Origin: an uncultured Nitrososphaeraceae archaeon
GTDB lineage: Archaea; Thermoproteota; Nitrososphaeria; Nitrososphaerales; Nitrososphaeraceae
Direction of reading: 5' to 3'
Assembly: GCA_963765895.1 (NCBI GenBank)
Contig: CAVXZB010000061.1
Coordinates: forward strand, 1 to 40,876
Length of the DNA: 40,876 nt
The translations under genes and the position numbers were made by a program. Shown here one piece after another: positions 1-12,288 of the stretch; position 1 is the first letter of the stretch; every line of letters begins with the position of its first letter. The notes beneath the pieces are model-generated. The model was not told the DNA's origin. It made no database searches and saw only the letters and a list, made by a program, of their open reading frames with translations.

Positions 1-1
1 T

Positions 2-950
2 GGCTTTGTAGAAAACATCATCAATATTACAAGATTAGTCAGTCTATGCATATTGTAGGTTATGCATCTGAATGATAGTTCCCTGTTTTGTGTTCTAGTT
101 AATCTAGACATTATATGCTCTCCAAATAGTCTTTTTATTACGGAAACTATGGTTTCATCCTTGTTTCGTTGATCAGAGCAATTTGGAGTAACCACGTTTC
201 ATCTGATTTCTATATTTGCCACGTGTTCTCCATATGGGTACATGTTCATATCGAGCTGGGATTACACTAAATGCATGCAAGCCATCTCTTATCAAGAAAT
301 GATTGTCTTCACTATCATAACCCTTATCAGCTGTAACTACAGATAATGGTAGAATTTCAGATATTCTTGTTATGATTGGCTTGAAATCTACATTATCATG
401 TCTTGTTGGAGCTCGTCTTATTTTGATCGAACATATGATTTGTTGTAATACATCTGCTCCAATAGATAATTTCGCATATTTTCTTCTGGCTGCAGTTCGC
501 TCAGTATAATATTGTGAAGCATGAGTTATCTTAAATCCTGTTGAATCTATTCCAGCAAAGATATGCGTGGTACCGCTAATCACAATGAATGATGAAATTA
601 TCTTTTCCAGTAAGGTATTGCTAATTCTGCCTGCAAACTTTTGCAATGTTGTAAAATGAGGAATTCGTGATAATCCTAAAAATAGTCTAAAGTAATGCGC
701 TTCAACCAGCCATTCGATAAACATCCTATAACTCTTACCTTCATACTGCCTTATTGTGAGCAATACTAAATGCTGCCACATCGTAAAGACATGGTTACTC
801 TTTCTGTGAAGAAACAATGGTATCCTTGAATTTCTCAAACACGGTACATAGTATTAGCCAGCCTAACATATCTTGATTCTTTCAATATCCATATACGATC
901 ATACGTCTAGAAAGCTCTAATGGTGTTCAGAACATGGTTTCTACAAAGCC
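2..950 (-). mobile_element. IS5-family insertion sequence, apparently complete (~950 bp)
   Basis: Terminal inverted repeats GGCTTTGTAGAAAACAT (2-18) and ATGGTTTCTACAAAGCC (934-950) match at 16/17 positions and enclose a DDE transposase. The TSD cannot be assessed because the window starts at the left end. Confidence 0.9.
40..892 (-). CDS. IS5-family DDE transposase, frameshifted near both ends (3' end approximate)
   Basis: ORF 173-838 has PHFTTL, IDSTG and ADKGYD. The N-terminus (ATG ~892) and the C-terminal NKDETIVSVIKRLFG segment are in other frames. Confidence 0.85.
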
Positions 951-1292
951 AATCTCTATATAATTTGTTTATCATGACCTGTCAGAGAAATATTTAAGTG
1001 AAGGAAGAATTGACTATGGAGAACTGTGATAAAGCGATGAGCAGAGATTTAATTGTAGTAAAGAGAGATCCATAAAAGATCCACAAACGTACTTTATTAC
1101 TGTATCATTAACTATACCATAAGGATGGGACGATAATATGTTACGACTAATAATTTCTTAGAAAGGAGTAAAAGGAAGATATTAGATAAATAAGGTTCCT
1201 GATTCCACACTTTATTATGCTAAGATTATCATACTACATTACACAACGGCTCTATACAGATTTGCCTATAATTCCATCAAGATATAGCTGAC

Positions 1293-1316
1293 CGGATTTA
1301 CCTAACAGTAAATCCG
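1293..1316. other. Perfect 9-bp inverted repeat with 6-bp spacer, candidate tyrosine-recombinase core site
   Basis: CGGATTTAC-CTAACA-GTAAATCCG, about 360 bp upstream of the integrase. The arm-6-arm geometry resembles dif/att cores. Confidence 0.35.
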
Positions 1317-1671
1317 CCTAGAATCGATACGCCAAGTTGCATAAGTGCGGCCTATATAAGAGTTCCCCCAATTCTGAGGATGAGTTATGTTACACATTAA
1401 AAATGAATCACAGTAGGGTAATGTACAGTTAGTCACAAGATTTCGTTCTTACCGTTGTTTGGCGTGATGTATATTATTACTTAAAATTAGCACACATCTT
1501 GTTTGTTTTATATGTTTACAGGATTGGATATATATCAATACGCGGATTTATTCTTCTTTAAACCATGTCAATACAAATAATATAAATATCAGACTCGTTT
1601 TAATACTAGTTTAATCCAATATGCCGCATAAAACCAAGTTATAAAATCAGTCTCTCTCTGTTCGCAATCGT

Positions 1672-2833
1672 TGTAACAGAGAATGCATTATCTAAATATA
1701 TTAAGAGTATTAGCATGATGAACTATTGCGTCAGCTCGCGAGTATAGTTTTAGATTACGAGGCTTTGGCTAATTTTATTACAATGAGAATATAAAATGAC
1801 ATTAGACGATCTCATAAAGGAGATTAATGAAGGTACACTTGATCCCTATGATGTCTTGACTAATTATATTGCACATCTCCAGGCTAGCGACAACATTTCA
1901 ACTTTAACGCTAAAACAACGAGTAACAACAGCAAAGAATTTTCTTGAATATTTCGATGTAGACATAAGTCCCCGCAAATTCAAGTCAAAGTAAAGTTGCC
2001 CAAGGTTGTTCGGAAAGATATACAGGCTCTAACCAAGGAGGTTATCACCAATATACTAAATGCATGTTCTGACATCAGATTAAAGACATACGTAATGTTA
2101 CTTGCTGCAACCGGAATGCGAGCATCTGAGGCATTATCTATCAGATTGGTCGACTGTGATCTAAGAGCCAATCCAGCAAGGTTACAAATTCGAGGAGAAT
2201 ATACAAAAACAAAGGTTTCTCGATTCGTTTTCTTAACTCAGGAATTAGTTCAACAAATATCATTATGGTTGGAATATAAGCATCGTACACGCAGGGTATG
2301 TCTTAAAGATAAAGAAAACGAAAAAACACACATTGAATACAGGACTCTAAGAAGAAATGATCATGATTTATTATTTGCTGTGAATCAAGCTAATCCAAAC
2401 ATTAGATGGTTATATAACCAATTTGCTATTAGTTTTGGTAAAACATTAGATAGGATGGGTATGGGTGACAGGGAAGAAGTCGACCATGGTAGACGTAGAC
2501 GTATTACCTTACATTCTATGCGACGTTTTGTTAAATCTACTGTCTCAGATTTAGGCTATGGTGACTTTTCTGAGTTCATGATTGGACATAGTTCATCGAC
2601 TTACTACCGGCGTACGATTGATGAAAAAGCCGCTTTATTTCAGAAAAATTGAACCGTACTTGACATTTCTCGATTATCAGCAATTAGAAAGGCGAGGTGC
2701 AGATATATCGGCACAATTGCAGGAAAAAGATAAACAGATTCAAACATTAGTAAAGAAGCAGGAGGAATTTGAACTATTAATTCAGTCGTTAATAGATTCA
2801 GGACAGTTAAAACCGGGTAAAACCGATTTCTAG
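1672..2833 (+). CDS. Tyrosine recombinase/integrase split over several frames (start approximate)
   Basis: ORFs 1796-1993, 1996-2652 and 2582-2833 join into one protein with catalytic motifs TGMR, KTK, HSMRR, GH and TYYR, plus a C-terminal coiled coil. Confidence 0.9.
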
Positions 2834-4498
2834 ATTACTCCAGCAGGAAAAATTGAGCTATTTAAATCATTATCGACCGTGAAGTTCGTTGTAAAACTTG
2901 TCCATCATACTTCCTGTTTGCTTAATGAAACTGTAATGCAATCGTTTATCCAATTCATCAATGCATTTCGAATTATAGAACTATTATTTAAAATGTCAAA
3001 TAACTTTCGTTTCGGAGAAGGAAGAGCCGGATGAAACATTTGGGGGGCTAAAGAGTTCCGTCATATTTTATAGATTTGATCTTATCCTCCTCCATAGAAA
3101 TGAGCTCCTCAAATTTATCATAGTAATCTGCGGCACCAATTGGAGGGATAAGCAAATCGTGGTTCAAATTCAGATAGTAATGAAATGATATTTCATTGGC
3201 AAAAGCATCCTCGAGTTTTGATCCGGACAACCATGCATCAGATGTAATACGTCCTAGTAGAACTTCCATTTCGGTTAATTTATTAAACACTGACTCGATT
3301 TTTGTATTTCCTCTTGTTCGTTCAAACTTTGAATAGACAGCGTTACCTTTATCGCAGATTTCCATTAATTGCTTGTGACTATATCCTGCAATCGCCGTCA
3401 TGATATCAAAGTATTCTTTGTTTCCCGACAATAAGACTGGTATCCCTTTATCGTCGACTATTGGTTTCATACCAAGTATGACATCAAAATTGAATATGGA
3501 CAATATTTTTAATGTACGTTTTAGTAAATGCCATTCTCCAAATATTAGAGGAAGCGACTTTCTATAGTTGTCTTCAATCAAATCAATAACATTACGTATG
3601 GAATAATTATTTAATAAATACAGTCTTTTGATTCTACCCAGACTGTGAAGCCTTATCATTTTTAATACTAACATAACACCATACAACGATAACGATAGGG
3701 TAATTTCCTTTCCTTGATCACGAGTTGTTCTCTTGACGAGATTGTGAGCTAATATTTCGGCCATTTGTTTCAAGTAGGGTATAGCATCACAACCTTGATC
3801 AAACAAGTATGATTCATAAACTGGCTTGTCTGCAGCAAGCGCTTTTAGTTTCATATCCACGCAATGTTCTGAGACATTAATCTTATGCGCTATTTCGGTA
3901 TATGTCAAGCCTGGGGATAAAGCTAGGACTTCAATGATTTTTTGTGATAAACTAGCCTCATTATTGTCAGTAGTGATCTTATTGCTTATCCACTTCTCAG
4001 ACATATGATTAAAAACATCAAGTCCGGAATAAAATAGCCATTATCTAATACTGATTTGTACTTTAATTGGTGGCTCAAGAATGCGTGATAAAAAGAATCT
4101 ATTGTGTGGGAGTCTACAGCTTTAGCATAATGACAATAATTAACCATAGTCATCCAAAAGTCCCTTGCATCGATGCCTTCGTCAATTAATACCCTAAATC
4201 CTAAGTCTGTAATTTGGTAGTATCTCCTCCTCCTTCCTCTAGGTAGGGTCTTACCAACACCAGGATTTTCGTACTTCATCTCCGATATAAGGTGCTTTTT
4301 TTCTAATGCGGTATACGATTCCAATATCTCACGATGGTGGTGATTATGTTTCTTCAATACCTTTTCTGTGATGTCTTTAGATAATCTGCCGGATTTGCCG
4401 ATAAGCCTAAGAATCTTCAACTGCAGAAACGGCTTCTTTCTCCTCTGATCGTACGAGACTAATGATTTAGGTTGGGTTTGCAATACTGTCACAACCAT
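2830..4498 (-). CDS. Hypothetical protein with winged-helix/HTH-like segments (frameshifted), possible element regulator
   Basis: ORFs 3986-4498 (RRRYYQITDLG, wHTH wing-like) and 3048-4004 (LSPGLTYTEIAHKINVSE, HTH-like) overlap. The reading continues in another frame to a stop overlapping the integrase stop. Confidence 0.55.
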
Positions 4499-4713
4499 AA
4501 CCCAACTATTATATTTATAACCTTTCTTATAATTCTAAGTTGAAAACGCTAATCCAAATTGACAAGTTCATCTGGGCGAGGTTGAAAAAATACGCGACAA
4601 TAAACGAGCTGTCGCTCAGTTCATCCATTGAGCGAATTTTATTTGCAGAGTTAAACCGATTTGAACAGTCCGAGCTACGGAATACGACGATATTGGAGGG
4701 GATAAAATAGTAA

Positions 4714-4900
4714 TTGGCATCACAATGTAGTATCGACTTTACTAGCAGACCATGCAGGGAGTTTGTTCATATTCAATGCGAGAGGGCATGGCATGGACTC
4801 GGAATCTAGTTGAATGCAACTGTAAATGTCATAAAAAAGAGTTAGAAAGGCCGTTCCAGGGAAATTCTAACTCTGATCTTCACTCATCCTCGGAGGAAGG
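4714..4900 (+). CDS. Small Cys/His-rich protein (frameshifted, ends approximate)
   Basis: Manual translation gives SRPCREFVHIQCERAWHGLGI then, after a shift, ECNCKCHKKELE. Probable metal binder upstream of the replication gene. Confidence 0.4.
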
Positions 4901-4912
4901 TGACAACCACCG

Positions 4913-5146
4913 ATGATTGACAATAGCTGTATCAATAAACTATCAATTAAATCTTCTGATTATAGTTTCCTACATCAGCAAGTAAATGAATATGATGAGA
5001 TACACTTCGAAAATTTTATACGGCATAAATCCTGTCCGCAATGCGGACATGATCATAGCTTCAAACCTAACTTTAGTGATGTTCAGACAAGTATAGATCA
5101 TGCTTCAGAATTGATTTCATTATTTTTTAACAGAGGAGCCAGGTAA
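4913..5146 (+). CDS. Small protein with CPxCG zinc-knuckle motif
   Basis: 77 aa containing HKSCPQCGHDH; lies directly upstream of the primase gene. Confidence 0.5.
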   Translation: MIDNSCINKLSIKSSDYSFLHQQVNEYDEIHFENFIRHKSCPQCGHDHSFKPNFSDVQTSIDHASELISLFFNRGAR

Positions 5147-5198
5147 GTATGAACGACCATATAATAGATCAGATCGACCGAGACAAGAGGTTTGAAAA

Positions 5199-7995
5199 AT
5201 GACCGCCGTTGAGGAACTATCCGTAATTCCACTTGAAACTCTAATCGAAGATTACAGGGCAGGCTTCAAACTGATTCCTCTCTCAAAGGATGCGAGGACT
5301 CCCAACGTCACAGGATTACTGACTTCAGATGAAGAGATTAGAAGTCGAGAAGAGTCATCGGACGATCAGATCCACCCAGTTAATTTCATTTATATTCATC
5401 CTGAATTTTGGACCGATGATCGAATCAAACAGGAACATTGGCGCTTTAATAACGTTGCAACCACACTTGGTAAGACCAGTAAGACAGATGAACAAGGCGT
5501 GCCACTTTATCTTAATGTCATAGACATAGACAGTAAACAGGTATTTGATAGCTTAGCAATTATTAGATTCGGTGATAAAGACAGGTATTTTATTGACGAG
5601 ATGTGTAAGGTAACTAGAGTAACTAAAACCAGGAAAACATGGGGACGACATATTTACTGGCTAAGTCATAAGCAGTGTCAACCTATACGCACAAAAAATT
5701 GCAAATTTGGTTATGAGTTCGAAATCAAATCTGATAATTCAACAGGCCTTTGCACATTACCACCTAGTATACATCGAGACGATCCCAATTTCCATTATCA
5801 CTCAATTGGAAGTAATATCATATCCATCCAAGATGATCTATATAACGGATTAGTTAAAGAATTAGCGGATAGTCTAAGACAGAATCGGGCTCATGTTGAA
5901 CAAAGTAAGTCTGAGTGTCACGGTCATAATACAAACATCACCAATGATAGTAACAAGATCTCCATAACAGAGACTGATATTGCAGATATAATAGCTCAGT
6001 TAACTCAATTTTATCAGAAAGGTACAAGAGGCGACTTTGTATATGGACTATCGGGATACCTGTACAAAAGTAAAGTCAAATTAGAAAGTGCAGAGAAAAT
6101 AATAGATCTGCTATGTCAATCAACCAACGATGAGGAACATGATAACAGGATCACAGTTTTACATAACACTTATCGTAATGGTGATACTACTGCACCTATT
6201 GCAGGATATTCTTCTCTCATAGATATCTTAACTCACGTCAGTGATGAACATAATGCTCATGCAGTGCTGAAAATCATATCGCGGACTTTAAACAAATATC
6301 GTAATCCTATTCTTAGTCAGCTTGACAACACAGTTGCTCAGGAACTTTCAAAGCATAGTTTTGAAGTCGTCTGCTATAGTCCTTTCAATTTTGTTATTGC
6401 CCATTCCGAAAAGAAACAGATCCTTAGTGGAACAATTAGTAGTATTAGGCAGACGAAAGATAATGAGGAGTCTGAAGTTATACAGTGTGTTCAGTATGGA
6501 AATGTAATAATTGATGCAGTTCCTAGTAAAATTACTAAGTATGAGAATCCCACTTCTATAGAGGTAAAATATGAAATAGAGTTCCAGACACCAACGGGGC
6601 AATCGTTAAAGAGCTTCAGCCTGCGAATTTAGACGAGATTCTTGGTTATTTAAAGATAAATGGACTACTGTATAAGGTAAGGACCGCAGAAGAGGCGCTC
6701 CCTGCTATCTTGAACGCCTGCTATAGAGAAGGCAAAGTAACTGTAAAGCGAGAGATAGAAACTCCTGGATTTTATTTGGTAGATAGCAGGATTGAGACGT
6801 ATAAAACTGAGCACAAGCAGCCGACGGCTGAAGAGATCAGAAAATGTGCTGATCTACTGTTATCGTTGCAGTCGAAATACGGACGTAGCGAGATATTTCC
6901 AACTATTCTAAAGTGGGGAATTATGGCGCCTTTTAGTTATGTATTAAGCAAATAGATGGTGAGAAATGGATGCCATGGCTATTTTTATATGGCTGGACAA
7001 ATACGGGCAAGACCACTAACGGTAAGATCGTATTAGCAATTTGGAGAAAGCATAAAGATAAATCAAAACATGATATAGGTTTTTCCTCGACAGATAACGT
7101 ACCTAGGTTTGGGCGTGCTATTAGCTATAATACATATCCTGTGCTTATCAATGAAGTGCAACTAAATGACGATAGGCAGAAAGCAGCTTGTCGAAACGCT
7201 AAAGCATGCTATTCCAAATCAGACTGCGCGATCAAGATTGATGTCTAGATCTCTTACTGAACACATAAGTGCACTTAGTCCATGCATTCTGACAAGTAAC
7301 GATCTGCCGCCACAAGATCCAGCATTTAGGAGAAGAATAATACCCATATACAATTCAAAAGAGAATGAACCGAGTCAAGCGGAAATAGAGCAGTTCAATT
7401 CCCTTCTCAAAAATGGTTTAGATATTCTCGGCACACTAGGAGACTTTACTGCTAATTACATCCTAGAACACCAAGAGATCCTTATAAATACCGAATGTAA
7501 CTGGATAGACGCAGCCAATCATGTCTTAGTAGAATTCTTCAAAGTCTGCCGAAATGGAAGTACCAGATTGGATTGACTATTTTGTACAAGAAAGTCAGGT
7601 GCAGGATGCTCGCGCTCGAGCAAGAGCAGATAGTTCGTGCATTCTTTATCAAGATCATCAACGAGACGTTTACCAGAAATTATAGGGCCCTTACGCCTAG
7701 AGAAGATATAGAGGAAGTTATAAACAAAAATACTATTCAAAAAAGACTTAGTTTCTGTTACGACAACGATTTGATTCCATTCCTTAGGATAAAGGATGAC
7801 CACATCATGATACTTCATGACATTATGCATGAACTAAAGAGCCACAGAATAAATTCTATCTTGCATTTGACCCAACTAGCAAGAATGTTTCAAAGCGAAG
7901 TCAAACCAATCAAGCTAAATGGTACGACACACAGATTGATTTCAATCCCTTCTGAAAAGTTTTTAGAGTTTATTTCGCCAGAGATTTCTTTCTAA
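5199..7995 (+). CDS. Primase-polymerase (AEP/prim-pol) fused to a P-loop helicase/ATPase; replication protein split by ~4 frameshifts
   Basis: N-terminal prim-pol motifs VIDID, GRHIYW and LPPSIH, then Walker A GWTNTGKTT, Walker B LINE, and ILTSN...DPAFRRR across ORFs 5199-6632, 6710-6955, 6970-7248, 7166-7576 and 7573-7995. Confidence 0.85.
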
Positions 7996-7996
7996 A

Positions 7997-8395
7997 GGTT
8001 ACATCATTATTAAAAATGGTTACATCTGGCAAGTAACCAACAAGATTTGGATGGTCTAATATCTATGTGTTTTAGTCTCTTTTTAGTAATTTCTATAAAC
8101 TAATCAATAATTCAATGATTAATTAGACATCAATTGCCGGTTACGACGGTTACGACGGTTACGTCATACTTCTCACTATACAAAGCTGCGCTCCTCTTAT
8201 CATCATTTATTTAAGTCACCTTTTTCTATATGAAATGTCATGTAACTGATGTAACTGATGTAACTTATAGATATACTAATCATTATGTCAGAAATATACA
8301 AGAAGTATAGGATATTCACTTGTATGGTATAATAGTTTCAAGAATTTTATGCGCCAGGTTACACCGAAAAACAGCCAAATGTAACTGATGTAACC
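7997..8395. repeat. Symmetric array of GTTAC-core 9-mers, putative replication origin
   Basis: Forward GGTTACATC at 7997 and 8018, reverse at 8033; forward GGTTACGWC x3 at 8139-8165; reverse ATGTAACT(G) x3 at 8240-8265; forward at 8357, reverse x2 at 8379-8395. Confidence 0.75.
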
Positions 8396-8705
8396 TAACC
8401 TATTAAAGCTTGACAGCAAATGTCCTTGTTATTCAAAGGCTATCATTAGTATGTCGACGTATTCGCTCTTACAAGTATAACACCTTAGAAGAATTGTTAT
8501 TATTTTTTTAAAATGCCTAAAAATTAGCTCATTAGTTTGATGTACAAGCAATCAAATATAGGAAATTTGTAATGTGAAATATATTGATCCAATATATTGA
8601 AGATTTTTGAAGACCAGAATCCATAATGTATTATATCAAATACAAAGATCCTGAAACGTATAAATCTGAGCTATTAAAACTGTCCAAACTTATTCATAAC
8701 TAACG

Positions 8706-9010
8706 GATCCTATCGATAGGTAATCTATTATGACTTATGAGCATAATATCTGGTTGCGTATTCGATTGATGATAACATAGATAGTAGCAATTAGTCGATG
8801 TGAATCACGTATTTAATTCCGTTAAAATGCATATATCGGACAACACCGGACTTTTTAACACATCCAGCATAATCATCCCAGAAATAACGTTGTGAATAGA
8901 TATGCGGCATGTCAGGTTATAAATATTATCAGAAATACTGCGTCCTATGTGTAGATTGACGTCCCATGATGATAAAATTTATGTATGCTGTCTATCAGCA
9001 GGCGCACCAA
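8706..9010 (-). repeat. Dispersed ~300-bp repeat, copy 1
   Basis: Its reverse complement aligns with 36261-36558 and 27880-28201. Shared blocks include TCTACACATAGG (copies 1 and 3), ATAATATTTATAA, TTAACGGAATTA and CATCGACTA. Confidence 0.85.
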
Positions 9011-9300
9011 ATAATTCGTAATGAGCCTGAACCAGAACACTATAAAACCAAACAAGTCCTTTCGATTTCAGGTTAGTCGTGCTCTGAGGCCATAGCGGAT
9101 AATGTAGGATTTGGTGCATCGTATTCATCATGAAATCGTTTGTCATGTTCTCCGAACATATTCTTTGAAGCCATTCGTGGCAAGCCTTGCCCATGGACGA
9201 ATATTTTTTTGTTATTATAAAACAATTTTGTAGAATATTAGAACGTTTAATATGACTTTATTAATGTGGAGAATTCTTTATGGGGTTAGACTTTTGTTAA

Positions 9301-9360
9301 CATGGGTAGGCGCAAAACCTTGCGGCCTCGCTAAAATGCGGAGGCTAAGCAAGGCTCATG
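9301..9360. other. GC-rich stem-loop upstream of a small ORF
   Basis: Nested pairings CATGGG/CTCATG, CCTTGC/GCAAGG and GCCTC/GAGGC in an AT-rich background. Confidence 0.4.
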
Positions 9361-9402
9361 TGCAGTTTGCCAATGATGGATCATTTCAACGGTGAGTTAT
9401 AA

Positions 9403-9564
9403 ATGACTGATAAAGAAAACGAGAAAATCATGCCTCCATTAAAGATAATGAAAAAGAATGAGGTAATGAATGATTTGCTTAAACTACTTGATCTGGTTCA
9501 GAAACATGCTGATAAAGAAGGATGTCAACATTGTCTTGACATACTGGAATCTGTCTTTGCATAG
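9403..9564 (+). CDS. Small 53-aa protein with H-x5-C-x2-C motif (not in the ORF track)
   Basis: MTDKENEKIMPPLKIMKKNEVMNDLLKLLDLVQKHADKEGCQHCLDILESVFA, an uninterrupted ORF with protein-like composition. Confidence 0.55.
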   Translation: MTDKENEKIMPPLKIMKKNEVMNDLLKLLDLVQKHADKEGCQHCLDILESVFA

Positions 9565-10246
9565 TGAAAAAGCTCAGTAGATAAACCGCTCCAATTCTTA
9601 GATTTTATAGGTAGCCGCGCCTAAGCCTGACACGCACTCAAACCATCGATTCAACTACGATACGATAGAATCCATCTTTGAAATATTCAGTATGTTTCTA
9701 TGCATATACGCTTGCGTTGTCTGCCCGGTGATCCTAACTCTAATATTAATGACAATATTGTTACCATCAGGACTGTTGCCATTACGATAATTGTTCTGGT
9801 CTTATTCAATCTATTATATGCATAATAGATGTATAATATTGAATATTCTACTCATTTATTCTAAAAGAAGGCTCTAATATAGATAAATTAGGAAAAGTAT
9901 TATTTCATTTATCCCTAACTGTAACTACAATTTGGAACATCGTCATACAACTCCACACCATCCGTAATTCAAGTTACTTTTTACATAGATTACGTTCCTG
10001 CGCGTGGTACTTTCGATCCTTATGTATTAGGACAATCTTTATCCAAAACTATGTGGTTTTAATGTACGTCAAACCATGCACCACCACATTGGTGCTGCTC
10101 TGGATGGAGTTACCTAGCTTGGCAAGGACCATTTTATCCTCCTAGTCTAGATAATTCCAGATGGTTAGGCTATTATTCTCACGTGTTTGATTTTGTCGAG
10201 ATAGATTCTTCTTTCTAAAGAACTCCTAATATATTTTAAGGTCTTT

Positions 10247-10384
10247 ATGCATAAGGAAAAGGAAATTATGGCATTAGTCATGGGAGTCGTAATCGCTGCT
10301 GTAGCTTGGCAAAGAAAAAACGAAAGAAAAAAAGCAAGGGAAATGAAGAGGGAAATGAAGAAAAGGAGGAAGAAAAATCGGTAA
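10247..10384 (+). CDS. Small membrane peptide with highly basic tail (45 aa)
   Basis: MHKEKEIMALVMGVVIAAVAWQRKNERKKAREMKREMKKRRKKNR: one hydrophobic segment followed by a Lys/Arg-rich tail. Confidence 0.4.
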   Translation: MHKEKEIMALVMGVVIAAVAWQRKNERKKAREMKREMKKRRKKNR

Positions 10385-10879
10385 TATTGAGCAAATTGCG
10401 ATATATAATCAGGATAGATGAATTGCAAAAAATTATGGGCATGAGAATCATAAAAAATAGTATCAAAGAGAAAGTTGATCTAAATTAATTCAGATCGGAT
10501 GAAGACGAATGTGATATAGCCAGTTAATTGAAGGTCCTGTTTTATTATATAGATCATCCCTTCCAAGTATCGAAATGATTTGATTCGATTACTGTTCTAT
10601 TCATTGTAATGTATATGAGACCTTAGACAGATAGAGATGTGCTGGAACGTACAATCCATTTTCATATTCATATTTATATGACGATCAGATCCTGTTTGAA
10701 AAACGTCTGCTTGTGATATCAGCAGAGAGGAAGAATACTCTCTTACTATTTATCGTTTTTTGCATATTGTTGATTGTTGATTCCTAATCTGTGGTATATG
10801 AGATCAAATGGAACAAGAAAAAACATCAAAAGGTGCATAAAATAACAATGATCATGATGTTCTTTTTTGTTCGCGAATC

Positions 10880-11350
10880 TTAATCAAATGGAAACATGTC
10901 TTTTTTTACTTTCTGCACCGCTGAAGGTACTACATCAACAACTCCAATCTGTAATGCAGGGTTCAGAGCATCAAATGCAATCCAAGCTTCTTTGATTTTA
11001 TCATCTTCAAAATGAAATAGGCTGATGCCCATAGTTTGAAATTTCTGACGTGTGCTTCGTTTCTTTTTATGCGTAGCTTGCAACACCCATCTAATAGCAA
11101 TCTTGTCATGCTCTGCGACATTATCTACTATGTTAAATTGCATATCGGGAAAGATGCTACGCTCAAGTGAAATCCATTTCTTGAAACTCTTCAAACCCTT
11201 AACTTCTTTATATTGTCCATGCCAAACGAGGTTAGGAGCGGCTAAGTTCTTTAATTCATCAAGATTTCCTTGGTTTAATACTTCCTCAACGAATCGCAGA
11301 GCAATTGACTTGCTATTAGTAACAGACATAATAATACTAGGTAGCTGCAT
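10880..11350 (-). CDS. SnoaL-like ester cyclase (NTF2 fold)
   Basis: NSKSIALRFVEEVLNQGNLD...FPDMQFNIVDNVAEHDKIAIRW...HFEDDKIKEAW pattern. Confidence 0.85.
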   Translation of the reverse strand: MQLPSIIMSVTNSKSIALRFVEEVLNQGNLDELKNLAAPNLVWHGQYKEVKGLKSFKKWISLERSIFPDMQFNIVDNVAEHDKIAIRWVLQATHKKKRSTRQKFQTMGISLFHFEDDKIKEAWIAFDALNPALQIGVVDVVPSAVQKVKKDMFPFD

Positions 11351-11552
11351 GCGTTATTAAATTTTCATTAAAAGGAAGTTATTATATGCACTATCTCAAT
11401 CATGTGGAACCAGCGATAATATACGAATCTATAGTTCGAATCAAGAATTCAATAGACCCAAGAGGGTTTGGAGCTAACATAACATTTCTGAATCGATTGA
11501 AAGTTCCTATTTCACATCTTTTTTGATTATTGCTGTATTTTTGAAATTTCCT

Positions 11553-11960
11553 TCCTCAATTGTCGCAGTTCATTAGTTCATCATCCTCCTTACTGTCTTG
11601 ATACAGTTCACGATGGTTACCCAGACACAGAGATTGCCATTGATCGTGCTATATAAGCTACTGGACGCATACCTACCATTGTACTCTCTGAACATGTACA
11701 CTCTTACCAATGGTTTAAACGCAAACTAAGGACGAAAAAAAATTCCATATGTTGTAGCTGGAGCAGGAGCAGGAGCAGGAGATTATGCCAACACTCCATG
11801 GCGTCTTCACAAAATTAAATTAGATTCAAATGGTCACCTATCAGTGCAAGGCATCGGACGGCTCTTGAGAATCCGATATTGATGGCTCACAATGACTAGG
11901 AAATGCCTTCTTTGGATCATAGTAGATAATAAAAAGAAGAATCTGACTAGCGACTATTTC
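11553..11960 (+). pseudogene. Metallophosphoesterase (calcineurin-like) C-terminal remnant
   Basis: Manual translation: HHPPYCLDTVHDGYPD...AI*ATGRIPTIVLSEHVHSYQWF...PYVVAGAGAGAGDYANT. It has an in-frame stop, a degenerate GHxH motif and a GGAGCA expansion. Confidence 0.65.
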
Positions 11961-12249
11961 GTTGTACTATTCGCTGGTCCGTCATCGGATAAATCACCAT
12001 TAGTCAATCAACGTTACACACGAAAATTACAATAGCATGGATACTTTGACTGATAGAATATCATTAGAAATTTGACTTTAACTCCATCGGATAGAGACTT
12101 AATTGCGCTTGTTGTTATAGTAGCAACAAGAATAATACTTAGTTGATCGTTGCCGAGGGAAGTTAAAGCGACATGAAAATCAGTACGGCTGTGTACTTTT
12201 TGCAAGATGATCTTAAAGTGCTTCGTAAAGTCCATTCATAGACACCTAC

Positions 12250-12282
12250 TTCTACATGTATATTCTCCATATACATGTAGAA
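12250..12282. terminator. Perfect 14-bp inverted repeat just downstream of the MFS stop (terminator-like hairpin or protein-binding site)
   Basis: TTCTACATGTATAT-TCTCC-ATATACATGTAGAA. Confidence 0.45.
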
Positions 12283-12288
12283 TGTAGC

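Noticed and set aside
950-1670. tRNA gene serving as integration site
   Set aside because: No cloverleaf or T-loop consensus was found by eye.
9301-9360. c-di-GMP-I riboswitch, from the GGCGCAAAACC resemblance
   Set aside because: The upstream GGCAAA/GNRA stem and the 3' consensus are missing; kept only as a generic hairpin.
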